Source: a virus
Taxonomy: Duplodnaviria > Caudoviricetes
Direction: 5' to 3' (one strand)
IMG/VR virus record: IMGVR_UViG_3300025389_000029
Coordinates: 1-48,589 of that record
DNA length: 48,589 nucleotides
Shown: one piece after another, positions 1-9,097 of the stretch
How the letters are laid out: every line of letters begins with the position of its first letter
Numbering within the stretch: position 1 is the first letter of the stretch
Notes under the pieces: model-generated
What the model saw: only the letters and a program-made list of their open reading frames with translations
Databases searched by the model: none
Told to the model about the DNA's origin: nothing
Position numbers and translations under genes: made by a program

Positions 1-223
1 AATCAATGCCATCAATAGTAAAAAGCAATCCTCTAGTGGCAACCGATTGAGAACTAGGAATGCGATTCCAAAAGTAAGTGGCGGCTAATATATTAGTATT
101 AGAACTTATACCAGCTAAACTTAGTAGTAAGGTAGAACCAACCGCCAAATTACCAGCCATGTAGTTAGCACCAACACCACTAGCGTACAAGTTGTAGTTG
201 CTTGCGTTGGTGAGGTTGAGCTG
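1..223 (+). repeat. Direct repeat copy 1 (tail-fibre internal segment)
   Basis: 1-127 identical to 34826-34952; mismatches at 128, 130, 174, 209 and 218; similarity ends after about 223. Confidence 0.97.
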
Positions 224-643
224 GCTTGACGCTGAGAGTGTAGTGAATTTTCCTGTAGATGCTGTTGTTGCACCTATTGGCGTGTTGTCTATAGTTCCGC
301 CCGTAACAGTAATATTGCTTACTGATACGTTAGTAATGTTGATTGAGCCGCTGGAAATCGTAACGTTGCTTAACGTTAGGTTTGCAAGACTTGTTGCTGT
401 TCCACCCAAACTTACGTTTGTTGTTCCAAGTGTTAATGAACTATTTGCTAAATAACTATTTGGAAACGTTGTAGCAACACTAGAAATTGTTGCGTTTGTA
501 AGCGTTAAATTTCCAAGGCTAGTCGTTGTGTTTCCAAGATAAATAGCGGTGTTACCAAGGGTAATTGCTGTAGCAAAGTTTGAATCCAACTGCGAAAGTG
601 GAATTGATGTGGTCGCTGTAGCAAATGTATATGGAACGGTCAT
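1..643 (-). CDS. Tail fibre of phage A, N-terminal 214 codons (runs off the window edge; continues in frame at 34825-33951 if circular, 505 aa)
   Basis: Not in the ORF track. ATG at 643 overlaps the upstream stop (TAATG). Translates MTVPYTFATATTSIPLSQLDSNF...QLNLTNASNYNLYASGVGANYMAGNLAVG, the same segment and frame as in ORF 33951-36176. Confidence 0.85.
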   Translation of the reverse strand, partial: MTVPYTFATATTSIPLSQLDSNFATAITLGNTAIYLGNTTTSLGNLTLTNATISSVATTFPNSYLANSSLTLGTTNVSLGGTATSLANLTLSNVTISSGSINITNVSVSNITVTGGTIDNTPIGATTASTGKFTTLSASSQLNLTNASNYNLYASGVGANYMAGNLAVGSTLLLSLAGISSNTNILAATYFWNRIPSSQSVATRGLLFTIDGID

Positions 644-2637
644 TAGAACCTCACTCTTAATTCATGTTCAAATTCAAATCCGTTGATAACAAAATTTGGA
701 TTACTTGATGTTACTGTGATTCCCAAGTATTTTCCATATTGTGACGCATCGGTTTTGTACAATTCATATCCAACGGTTGCCCATCCAATTGTTGCGTTTG
801 CGTTATTTGTCCAAACGACAACTTGCGATGAATTATTGAGCCAAGAAATTAAACTGGTCAAATAATATGGTGGGCTAGAACCGTTCTCGTAATCAATCGT
901 GGCATTAAAAGCAACCGGACTGGTCGCAGACGCAGTTGCTTCAATACCCATCTTTAATGCTTGTTTAGTGCGAATAGGATCGCCCATTGGCAATAATGCC
1001 GTTTGAATCCTGCTAGTAATCGTAGTGCTTGTGTCTTGATACAATTTATACAGCGTATTGCTTTGTGTACCAAACAAAGTGATTTTTCCGGCGATAGGTA
1101 CGGAATCAACAAATGCCATGCTATCGCCCTGAGATGTAATAAACCATTTCTTTTCAAAGAAAACGGCTTGCACATAACGATAACTATTTGTAAATATTGC
1201 GTCAAAATATCTAAAGTTGAACGCAGCGCACAAAATGTTGTTCAACAATACTTGTCCGGCGTAAATCGGGTAATTAAAGTCAATATTTGGAAACATTCCG
1301 TCTAGCGAATCAGAAATCTTTGATGTGGTTGAACCAACAAGCGCATACACTCCATAATCGTTCAAAAACAGCACAGAACGAAAATATGGAAAAATTGCAT
1401 TGGCTCTACGGCTACCAACGGATGCAGACACGTTAGTATTTGTAAATAGGGTCACACCAGTAGTATCTACCCGAACATCCGAAAAGACGTTGATAGAATC
1501 ATCGCCAAAAATGTACAAAAAGTTATTTGCAGACAAAATTTGCTGAATATTTCCATGCAACGTGGAATCCGTTAAAACAAACGACCCTGCCGATACACTT
1601 GTAAAGTCTGTGTAAGAATCTGCCGCCGAATAATAAATTGTTCGACCAGCCGCAATAAATACTCGACCACTAAACGTAGCAATACCAATATTGACATTAG
1701 TATTTACAATTCCTTGCAATACTGCGCCTGTACCGCCACCACCCGCAACTGTAACTACAAGGTTAGCCGCATTGGTGTATCCCGATCCGGGATTAGTCAT
1801 AACGACTTGCGTAATTTGACCGCCAGACAATACTGCCGTACCAGCAGCATTTGTTCCACCACCACCAGAAAAAGTTACGACAGTGTTTGCTGAATTTGTA
1901 TATCCGGTTCCTCCAGATACAACAACAGCCGATACTGTGCCGGTAGCAAATGTAATTACTCCTGCAATAGCCGTAGCATTGCTTCCACCGCCACCAGATA
2001 TAGTGACAGAAGGAGGAGGAACTCCGTAGCCTGATCCTGCGTTTTGCAATTGAACAAGGGAAACCGCGCCTGAAGTAATTGCCACGGTAGCGTTGGCTTG
2101 AACACCGTTTGAATCTAAAGGTGCGGCAATAACGACCGTTGGGTTTCCTGTATATCCGCTGCCAGGATTAGTTACGGCAATGACACCAACAGAGCCTACG
2201 CTAACAACGTTTTTTCCATCCCATGTGAAATAACCCTTGTAAGGGTCAAGAATAAGCATACGCTCATTTTTCCACTGGCTTATTTGTATTCCAGAATTAG
2301 AAAACGTTCCTGCAACAGCAACGTTTCCTGTAGCACCTGTTGTGACGTTGTAATACTCTGCACGACCATCCGCTTCAAATGCAACGACATAATCATCAAG
2401 ATCAATATTGCATGATGTTAAATGCGTAACAGTGTTTCCCCAAACAACAGCATTTCCAAGCGTATTTTTTGCTGTTACTGCGTTTGGAGTAATTTTTAAG
2501 TTTGCGTAACCAATTGGCTGTGCGTTTTCAAGCCAAGAAAATTCATCTTCTTCAATAGCCGTACGGTTAGCCTTGGTGTTAATACCTTTAAATTGCTTAA
2601 CAACCTTATAACTCTTTTTCTGTTCAGCAGTTGCCAT
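643..2637 (-). CDS. Tail nozzle / DNA stabilisation protein (P22 gp10-like position) with inserted Gly/Thr-rich repeat domain
   Basis: 664 aa beta-rich protein after the adaptor, FKGINT near the N-terminus, four (N/S)xG(S/T)GY repeats. Confidence 0.6.
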   Translation of the reverse strand: MATAEQKKSYKVVKQFKGINTKANRTAIEEDEFSWLENAQPIGYANLKITPNAVTAKNTLGNAVVWGNTVTHLTSCNIDLDDYVVAFEADGRAEYYNVTTGATGNVAVAGTFSNSGIQISQWKNERMLILDPYKGYFTWDGKNVVSVGSVGVIAVTNPGSGYTGNPTVVIAAPLDSNGVQANATVAITSGAVSLVQLQNAGSGYGVPPPSVTISGGGGSNATAIAGVITFATGTVSAVVVSGGTGYTNSANTVVTFSGGGGTNAAGTAVLSGGQITQVVMTNPGSGYTNAANLVVTVAGGGGTGAVLQGIVNTNVNIGIATFSGRVFIAAGRTIYYSAADSYTDFTSVSAGSFVLTDSTLHGNIQQILSANNFLYIFGDDSINVFSDVRVDTTGVTLFTNTNVSASVGSRRANAIFPYFRSVLFLNDYGVYALVGSTTSKISDSLDGMFPNIDFNYPIYAGQVLLNNILCAAFNFRYFDAIFTNSYRYVQAVFFEKKWFITSQGDSMAFVDSVPIAGKITLFGTQSNTLYKLYQDTSTTITSRIQTALLPMGDPIRTKQALKMGIEATASATSPVAFNATIDYENGSSPPYYLTSLISWLNNSSQVVVWTNNANATIGWATVGYELYKTDASQYGKYLGITVTSSNPNFVINGFEFEHELRVRF

Positions 2638-2639
2638 AA

Positions 2640-3515
2640 TTAAAAGCCATTACTGTAGACAGAAGGTATACGGCGGGTATACACCGAATTCAAAATAGAT
2701 GTAGCTTGCTTGACATACTCTTGCTTGTAAATTTCAGCTTCGCCAAACGATTGCTCGTAATATTTGGCTAAATAAGCCGCATAGAATTTAGGAGCAGATG
2801 TGTATGGGTCTTGAATCTGATCTGGAGTTGTTGAAGCGTTCAATGACAATGGTGTTGGCAAAATAACAGTATCAATTTCAACTTGATACGACTGATCCGG
2901 TATGGGACCAATATAAATAGTATTTTGACCGTACACAGAATACGCAACAGGTCTACCAATGTAATTTTGCCAGAAACGTAAACGAGCATTAAAGTCAGAC
3001 CAAGCCAAATAATCAAGTGGTACACGCGAATTGCCCCAATACAAGTTGATATTCACAATATCAAGCGTGTTTTGACCTTGGGGTAAAGTCGAATACGGTA
3101 TTTGTTCGCAATTTCCAACATACGTTAAGCCACAAGTTCCATTAAAAAACTCTGTCGTTGGAGGATAATTGGTATTGCCTTGAGGATACGCAGGAGCCAT
3201 TGCATCCGTAGTTCCTGCCGTAGTTATTTGATATACATAAATGTTAGAAAACAAAAATGTATTAAGAGGATAAGCAGTCGATGCCGCCCACGCAATCGGA
3301 TTGGTAGGCGTGATGCCACCAACAGTTGAGGCTTGAGGAACGGGTGCAGGAACTTGCGTAACTTGAATAGTACGCAAACAGCCAGTATCACGAACAACAC
3401 GTTCCCGTGCTGAGTTAATGTAATCTGTTAGCTGCGAATCCGAATAGAAATTGCCATTGGCATCATGCAGCAAACGTCTAACTTCGGTAATGTATCCCGA
3501 TAAGTTTTGCGACAT
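2640..3515 (-). CDS. Head-tail adaptor / tail tubular protein
   Basis: 291 aa with N-terminal YITEVRRLL..DSQLTDYINSA, GRPVAY..IYIGPIPD and a helical C-terminus; lies between capsid and nozzle. Confidence 0.6.
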   Translation of the reverse strand: MSQNLSGYITEVRRLLHDANGNFYSDSQLTDYINSARERVVRDTGCLRTIQVTQVPAPVPQASTVGGITPTNPIAWAASTAYPLNTFLFSNIYVYQITTAGTTDAMAPAYPQGNTNYPPTTEFFNGTCGLTYVGNCEQIPYSTLPQGQNTLDIVNINLYWGNSRVPLDYLAWSDFNARLRFWQNYIGRPVAYSVYGQNTIYIGPIPDQSYQVEIDTVILPTPLSLNASTTPDQIQDPYTSAPKFYAAYLAKYYEQSFGEAEIYKQEYVKQATSILNSVYTRRIPSVYSNGF

Positions 3516-3532
3516 TTACGATCCATAATTTT

Positions 3533-3868
3533 TTAAGCGGCTGAAAGGACTTTTCCCTTCGGATGTTTTACAACTTCCAAAGGTACTCGTTCCACCAACG
3601 GGGATAGTGATTGGTTCTTTTTCGGCGGTTGGTCAGAAAAATCCCATTTAGCCAACAGCGCCATGCCATCATCTAAATCATTTTGGGTCTTAATCCAACC
3701 AAGCCTAGCCAAATAAGGTTCTTTGTTTCCATCTCCATAACCAAAAACGTGCTTGGCTACTTCAACAGGAATTTCTACTGTTTCACCGGGCATGAAAGAA
3801 TACTGAACACCGGCAAAACCGTCTTTCAGCTTTCTGTCAGAATTATTAGTTACAAAGATAGAGGTCAT
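3533..3868 (-). CDS. Hypothetical protein (head module)
   Basis: 111 aa ORF, stop/start overlap with its neighbour. Confidence 0.7.
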   Translation of the reverse strand: MTSIFVTNNSDRKLKDGFAGVQYSFMPGETVEIPVEVAKHVFGYGDGNKEPYLARLGWIKTQNDLDDGMALLAKWDFSDQPPKKNQSLSPLVERVPLEVVKHPKGKVLSAA

Positions 3869-4329
3869 TAGAAACTCACAACTTCACCAAACACCGCAAT
3901 GTCAGCAGTATTGCTATTGCCACTTGCAGTGTTAATGTTGACATACAAAGCGGATGTTGTGCTTCCTGAGACAGCCGTGTTAGCGCCATAAGCACCAGCA
4001 ATCGTCAAATCCTGAAAACGTCCAGCCGCGCTTACCGTACTCAAAACTACGTTTGCAACTACAGCATTAGAAATGTTGCCATCGCTACTTGTAGTAATAG
4101 ATACGTTTGCCGAAGCAATGCTTCCTGACGGGTTTTGAATTGTAATACGGCGAATAATTACACCACCAGAGTTAGCAACTGCACCGCCGTTAGTCAATCC
4201 ACCACCCAAAAGAGGAATGGCAATGACTGCGTTACCGGCGGTGTTAAGTTGTGTAGCTCGGATGAGTGCCACCCGCCCATAGCCAAAGCTATCAAGCGTT
4301 AGTTGTGCTACTGCATCTGCGCTAGACAT
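3868..4329 (-). CDS. Putative virion structural/decoration protein
   Basis: 153 aa, Ala/Gly/Ser/Thr beta-rich, AGGAG RBS, downstream of capsid. Confidence 0.55.
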   Translation of the reverse strand: MSSADAVAQLTLDSFGYGRVALIRATQLNTAGNAVIAIPLLGGGLTNGGAVANSGGVIIRRITIQNPSGSIASANVSITTSSDGNISNAVVANVVLSTVSAAGRFQDLTIAGAYGANTAVSGSTTSALYVNINTASGNSNTADIAVFGEVVSF

Positions 4330-4339
4330 AACTTACTCC

Positions 4340-4693
4340 TTAGCTGTTGAACGTGCCGGTAGCAGCCTGACCACCATTGACCGTAGCCAAGATAATCGTA
4401 GATGCTGTTGCAACGATAGTGTTTGCACGGACGTTCACACCGTCAGAAATCAGAACGCCACCAGTGTTGTTGGCGATCAGAGTTGACCATGTTGAAGGAG
4501 TCGCGCAAGCGGTGTTGGTGTTGTAAGCCGACACTGCTTCAATCGTTACGTTGGCAGTTGGAAACAGCAAGTACGTTCCGGCAGGAACAATAGTCGTACT
4601 GTTGTTACCTGTCAGAGTTGTAAGTTGCCAGTATGCGCCTGGAGTGTTGGTACTAGCGTTAGCCAATACAATTTTGTTTAGACCGAGAGCCAT
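4340..4693 (-). CDS. Putative capsid decoration protein
   Basis: 117 aa Thr/Ala-rich, directly after the major capsid gene, AAGGAG RBS. Confidence 0.55.
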   Translation of the reverse strand: MALGLNKIVLANASTNTPGAYWQLTTLTGNNSTTIVPAGTYLLFPTANVTIEAVSAYNTNTACATPSTWSTLIANNTGGVLISDGVNVRANTIVATASTIILATVNGGQAATGTFNS

Positions 4694-4705
4694 GACTATT
4701 TCTCC

Positions 4706-5716
4706 TTAGATTGCAATTGAGTTATAGCCAGAAACACGGGTCATCGACTTGGGCTTGGTTGATACCAATTCCGCAATCATCAACACTGCGCCGACATAAC
4801 CGATCTGCCAGTTTGGAAGAGTCGATTCAAAGCCGGTGAACACAAACGAACCTTGTTCGTGAATGTACAGCGAGAGATAGTTGCTGTTGATGAAATAAAC
4901 AGTACCTTCTGGGCAATATGGATCAGGATAGATCGGCACACCGGCAACCATCAGGGCGCGGAAAGCAGCCTGTGGACCGTTGCTGTCACCATCAAAGCCA
5001 GAGCCGGGGGTAATGACGTATTGTTCCTGACCAACGTAGTCTTGAGCAAGCAGCGTCCAAGTACCAAAGCCGCAAACACCAAAAGTAGGAACTTCTGCAC
5101 CGTTTTTAACGGTTCCAGAAATGTACTGAAGAATGTTTTGACGAGTTGGGTTGACGCTACCAGCGTTATAGACTTTCGACTTCCACCATGTGTAGGTGGA
5201 ACGGTTGATGTTGCCGTATGTAGGCAAGTTTGTACCGTCATCAATTGCACCGGGCAAACCGATGAATTGCTGAGTGTTGGTGTAGTTGGTATACAGAGCC
5301 GTAGCCATTGCATCCATCATCACGTTCGTTGCGTCATTCATACGCGCTTCGATTAGAGGAATAATAGCGTAGTCTTGTTGTACCGCACCTTCCATACCGA
5401 GGAATGGAACAGGAGCAATCATCAGCTTGAGGTTGAACTCAGCATTGAAAGCACCTTGCTGAACTGAAGGCTGGTTAAATGAACCAGAGTAATCAGACCA
5501 TTGTGCGTTTACAAACTGTGCGCCCTGAACGGGGACAGTAACTTGGCTCACACCGCCTGATGCTTGCTGACTGTTAGCAATCAGAGCAGCCATAAGGGGG
5601 GTTGAGTTGTAAAGTTGAACAACCAGCTTAGGGATAAATGCCCGTCTGGTAACATAGGTAAGTTCGTTGTATTGCGAACTACCGCTTGCTGGTAAAATTC
5701 CGCCACCAATAGGCAT
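4706..5716 (-). CDS. Major capsid protein of phage A (HK97 fold expected)
   Basis: 336 aa following the scaffold. Motifs IPKLVVQLY..PL, GLPGAIDDG..YGNINR..WWKS and GVPIYPDPYCP.GTVYFIN.NYL are typical of podovirus coat proteins. Confidence 0.85.
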   Translation of the reverse strand: MPIGGGILPASGSSQYNELTYVTRRAFIPKLVVQLYNSTPLMAALIANSQQASGGVSQVTVPVQGAQFVNAQWSDYSGSFNQPSVQQGAFNAEFNLKLMIAPVPFLGMEGAVQQDYAIIPLIEARMNDATNVMMDAMATALYTNYTNTQQFIGLPGAIDDGTNLPTYGNINRSTYTWWKSKVYNAGSVNPTRQNILQYISGTVKNGAEVPTFGVCGFGTWTLLAQDYVGQEQYVITPGSGFDGDSNGPQAAFRALMVAGVPIYPDPYCPEGTVYFINSNYLSLYIHEQGSFVFTGFESTLPNWQIGYVGAVLMIAELVSTKPKSMTRVSGYNSIAI

Positions 5717-5780
5717 AGGAATCTCCTTTAATTAAAAATTAAAACAGATTGCCCATTGTGTGAGCAACCACTTATATCCC

Positions 5781-6314
5781 CTAGATACCAATGGGTCGCG
5801 TATTTTTACGCAACTCAGTTAATGCTTTTGCTGCTTCGTTTCTTGCCGCACCTTGTGGATTTTTCCAATATTGCGACAAGTCAAATTTACCCAAACCACT
5901 AGGATTGTAGCCGGTCGGTGTTGGTACAGCAGATTGTTTCATCCACTCCCAATACTGAGCCGCAGTCTCATGGTTTGGAATATTTTTTTCGACCATGACT
6001 TTCTCAATAGCCTCAACGTCCTCATCGGACTGTGCAAAACCTTTGGCTTTCAGCGAATTACGCTTTTTTTCCAAAGATTCTATTGCGTCACGTTCGCGCA
6101 GTTTGTTTTCAAGCTGCATTACGCGCTGATCTGCTTCGTTTACGCGCTTTTCTGTGTATTCTTCAAGTTGTAATTCCGGAATCACTAGATCAGGATTTAC
6201 TTCTTTTGTCAGACGTAAAAAATTCTTGCGGGTTTTTGGATTGTCCGCAAGGCGTTTAGCTAAAGCAGCGAGTTCATCGCGTTGCTCGTAACTGAGGTCT
6301 TCTAAGCTACTCAT
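5781..6314 (-). CDS. Putative scaffolding protein
   Basis: 177 aa charged, coiled-coil-like, directly upstream of the capsid gene. Confidence 0.55.
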   Translation of the reverse strand: MSSLEDLSYEQRDELAALAKRLADNPKTRKNFLRLTKEVNPDLVIPELQLEEYTEKRVNEADQRVMQLENKLRERDAIESLEKKRNSLKAKGFAQSDEDVEAIEKVMVEKNIPNHETAAQYWEWMKQSAVPTPTGYNPSGLGKFDLSQYWKNPQGAARNEAAKALTELRKNTRPIGI

Positions 6315-6332
6315 GTTCTATCCCCTAGGTAC

Positions 6333-6518
6333 TTAGATGACTTTCTTGGTATCGCCGGGGCGAGACAAGTTCATCACGTTTTTGTGACCGGCTTTAACTG
6401 CGCCAGTCAGACCGCCAAACTGCGAATACCGAGGGGTGTTCACAATTTGACCATTTTTTTGTTCATTGCTGGTTGGATTGCGTGGCGATGCAGCACCGCG
6501 TGGCTTAAAAACGTCCAT
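6333..6518 (-). CDS. Small basic hypothetical protein
   Basis: 61 aa, AAGGA RBS, in-operon spacing. Confidence 0.65.
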   Translation of the reverse strand: MDVFKPRGAASPRNPTSNEQKNGQIVNTPRYSQFGGLTGAVKAGHKNVMNLSRPGDTKKVI

Positions 6519-6527
6519 GATTATTCC

Positions 6528-7058
6528 TTACATTGGTGGTGGCATACCGCCACCGGGAGGAGGTGGTGGCATACCGCCAGCAGGACCACCGGGCATTGGT
6601 GGAGATGCAGGAGGTGCGCCGGGAAGAGTCATACCTGGAACTGGAGGTGCGCCAGCCATAGCTTTTGCTTCAGGTGAAGCACCACCAGCTTGAGGTAAGT
6701 TTTGCAACAACTGAAGAATTTCTGATTGTTGAAGTTCATTTGTTTTAGGCTTGCGTGGTCCAAGAATTCCACTTGCCATGCGAATTGCGCTTAAAACTTT
6801 TTGACCTTCTGGAGATTCGCTTCCAAGAGCAGGTAGGCTTTGCTCTAACAAATCCATTGCCATGCCGATGTTAATCATTGCGGCTTCACGGTTTCCCATT
6901 TTGGGTTCCGGAGTGGACATAGGCGCACCCATTGGGGGCGAGGATGTGTCGGACATTCCTGCTGAAGCAGTGTCAGCAACAGGAGCAGCACCGCCTGGAG
7001 TGGCTTTATCTTTTTGCGCTGCAATCATCTGCATTAACTGGTCGGGCGGCATTGCCAT
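6528..7058 (-). CDS. Pro/Gly/Met-rich hypothetical head-module protein
   Basis: 176 aa, low-complexity termini around a helical core, AGGGA RBS. Confidence 0.7.
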   Translation of the reverse strand: MAMPPDQLMQMIAAQKDKATPGGAAPVADTASAGMSDTSSPPMGAPMSTPEPKMGNREAAMINIGMAMDLLEQSLPALGSESPEGQKVLSAIRMASGILGPRKPKTNELQQSEILQLLQNLPQAGGASPEAKAMAGAPPVPGMTLPGAPPASPPMPGGPAGGMPPPPPGGGMPPPM

Positions 7059-7084
7059 AGTATTTCCCTATCGAATTTCACAAT

Positions 7085-7112
7085 AGATTAAACCTAATTA
7101 TAGGTTTGTCAA
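7085..7112 (-). promoter_or_regulatory. Sigma70-like promoter with palindromic spacer (candidate operator)
   Basis: Minus strand TTGACA (7112-7107), 16 nt, TAATCT (7090-7085). The palindrome AAACCTA-ATTA-TAGGTTT spans 7090-7107. Confidence 0.55.
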
Positions 7113-7193
7113 TAGGAGGAGTTATTTTTTTGGTTCCCGACCCTCGGCAGGACTTATCGGCTACACGATAATCTTAAGGCTTACGCCCTAAAA

Positions 7194-7232
7194 TTACTTG
7201 CGTGATTTACGACCTTTACGAGCTTTACGCAT
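7194..7232 (-). CDS. 12-aa Arg/Lys-rich peptide MRKARKGRKSRK
   Basis: ATG CGT AAA GCT CGT AAA GGT CGT AAA TCA CGC AAG TAA, preceded by GGAG at 6 nt spacing. Confidence 0.6.
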   Translation of the reverse strand: MRKARKGRKSRK

Positions 7233-7310
7233 AGTCTTCTCCAAGTAAGAGGCGGCGAACTATTTGTGAAGGGAAGTAAGCCACTACCCTATTCCCTGAA
7301 CAGGAATCCT

Positions 7311-7472
7311 TTACATACCTCTGGTATTGCTTCTTGCCCCGCGAGTTTTATCTCGTGGTGCAGTTTTAATATTTGTAACACGATATTGAACAGATGTGGG
7401 GGCTTCACCACGTTTTAAATTTGCTGTGGTTACTCTAGGTTGATCTGATTTAGGTTGCGTTTCGCTTGCCAT
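7311..7472 (-). CDS. 53-aa basic hypothetical protein (MASETQPKSDQPRV...GARSNTRGM)
   Basis: Translated by hand; starts 2 nt after the portal stop. Confidence 0.65.
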   Translation of the reverse strand: MASETQPKSDQPRVTTANLKRGEAPTSVQYRVTNIKTAPRDKTRGARSNTRGM

Positions 7473-7474
7473 AA

Positions 7475-9097
7475 TTACCCCGCCACTTTTAAGTCTGGTT
7501 TGCCTTGAGGCTTTGGTGCAGCTTTTTCTTCCTCTTGACGTTTTTTCAGTTTGTCTTTTAACAACTGTTTCATCGGTGGCTCTAGCATATCAAGCAGAGA
7601 TTCTTTGTCAATAGCTTGAGCCTTGAACAATGAAAACGCCAATTCTTTTGTATCTTCAGTAAAGATTGGGCTGTTAGAGTGAGCATCCACTTTAACGACA
7701 AAATCGCGTGTAAATTGTTCCGCAATGAAAGGTACGCCCTCGGTATCTTTGAAGTGCGTGGCATCGTAGGCTTGCATCAGTTTGAGATAGAGTGTTGCTA
7801 CTTTTTCCAAACTATCTTCGATAATGAGGGCGCGTTTTTTAGCCCGGCTAGAACCTAGTCGCGCAAGTTGGGATGCGTGTCCACTTGAGCGAACACCTGA
7901 TTCGCCTTTGCCGGACAACACGTTGTTGATGCCCGATGCTTCCATGAACATAGAATCAACTTCATGGATGACACCAAACAGATCATTAGGAATTTCTGGA
8001 GCCAAACGATCTACTTTCATGTTTGGCATATCTGTTGCAATCAAACCACCTGCACGGTTAAGCGCAAAATTCTTTTCATCAATAATGCCGCTAAAGCCAG
8101 ACAATGCTGTTGGGGGCGCAACTTGCTTAGACAAAAGATCAAGAATCTCTGTCATGCGATTAGTTCGTAGCTGTTGCAACAAAACAAGTTTCTGACACTC
8201 GGACTGTCCCCAAAAGTAACCAGGCAAAGGGTCTGGACAGAGTTGCACAAAAGGACACTCGCCTTTAAGGAACACGCTTGCACCTGGACGATCATAAATA
8301 ATCACATCAGGTGAAGCAATCGTTACAACTTGATAGTCCTCAGTTTCATCGTTCCACACCCACAACTCTTGCATCTCAATTGTTTCTTCAGCAACACGAG
8401 CGTTGTAGCGGTTCTCTCCAAACAAATCCATTTCCACGTTACCGTAGATTGTTGGATTGGTTGCAGACATAATAATTCTCGCAACACCATCGCCATTACC
8501 TTCTTCAGATTGGCTTGATCCTTTGATGTTGCCTGTGACTCGGCTCACAATAGATTCACGCTTGGGATGCGAATACAAACGAGCATACAACTCTGAGCGT
8601 GTTATGTAATAGCGTTGGCAGATTGCTTCTTGACGGTCTGTGTATGGAACGTCTTCACGCAACACGCCCATAGCACTTGGTTCAATCATGTAAGGGTGTA
8701 TGCCCTTGTTGATTACAAGTTTTACAAAGGTTGTGTTGTAAACCAATGCCCATGTCAGAGCAGTTGAGAATACTTGGTCTGCGTTACTGTTGAGCCATTC
8801 ATCGTTTAGTGCGCTGGTTAGCACTGGTGTCTTACGATGTTCTGCGTGAGGAACTGCTGCCCCCAAAGAGATACTAAACCGTGTGCTTTCTGCGGAATAC
8901 AAAAAACTGGTTAGCTGATCTAAGTGGGGGTGAATCTTATTAAAGATTGCAGGAGGTTGTTCAAGTCCCGAACCGAATAAATAGTAAGCGCGTAACACGC
9001 TGTAGTCAGACTTTCGTTCTTCTCTGGACACCATACATTTCTGCATAATGTCCAAATAAAAGTTTTCTCTATCTTCGGCTTTGGTTGGGATACGCAT
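7475..9097 (-). CDS. Portal protein of phage A
   Basis: 540 aa between terminase and scaffold. Motifs FNKI.PH+DQL, CPFV..P.PGYFWG.S and EASGINNVLSG...GVRS match podovirus portals. Confidence 0.85.
   Translation of the reverse strand: MRIPTKAEDRENFYLDIMQKCMVSREERKSDYSVLRAYYLFGSGLEQPPAIFNKIHPHLDQLTSFLYSAESTRFSISLGAAVPHAEHRKTPVLTSALNDEWLNSNADQVFSTALTWALVYNTTFVKLVINKGIHPYMIEPSAMGVLREDVPYTDRQEAICQRYYITRSELYARLYSHPKRESIVSRVTGNIKGSSQSEEGNGDGVARIIMSATNPTIYGNVEMDLFGENRYNARVAEETIEMQELWVWNDETEDYQVVTIASPDVIIYDRPGASVFLKGECPFVQLCPDPLPGYFWGQSECQKLVLLQQLRTNRMTEILDLLSKQVAPPTALSGFSGIIDEKNFALNRAGGLIATDMPNMKVDRLAPEIPNDLFGVIHEVDSMFMEASGINNVLSGKGESGVRSSGHASQLARLGSSRAKKRALIIEDSLEKVATLYLKLMQAYDATHFKDTEGVPFIAEQFTRDFVVKVDAHSNSPIFTEDTKELAFSLFKAQAIDKESLLDMLEPPMKQLLKDKLKKRQEEEKAAPKPQGKPDLKVAG

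Noticed and set aside
1-223. Repeat pair as template/variable repeat of a diversity-generating retroelement
   Set aside because: The five mismatches are not confined to adenines on either strand, both copies are in-frame coding and mid-gene, and no reverse transcriptase is present.
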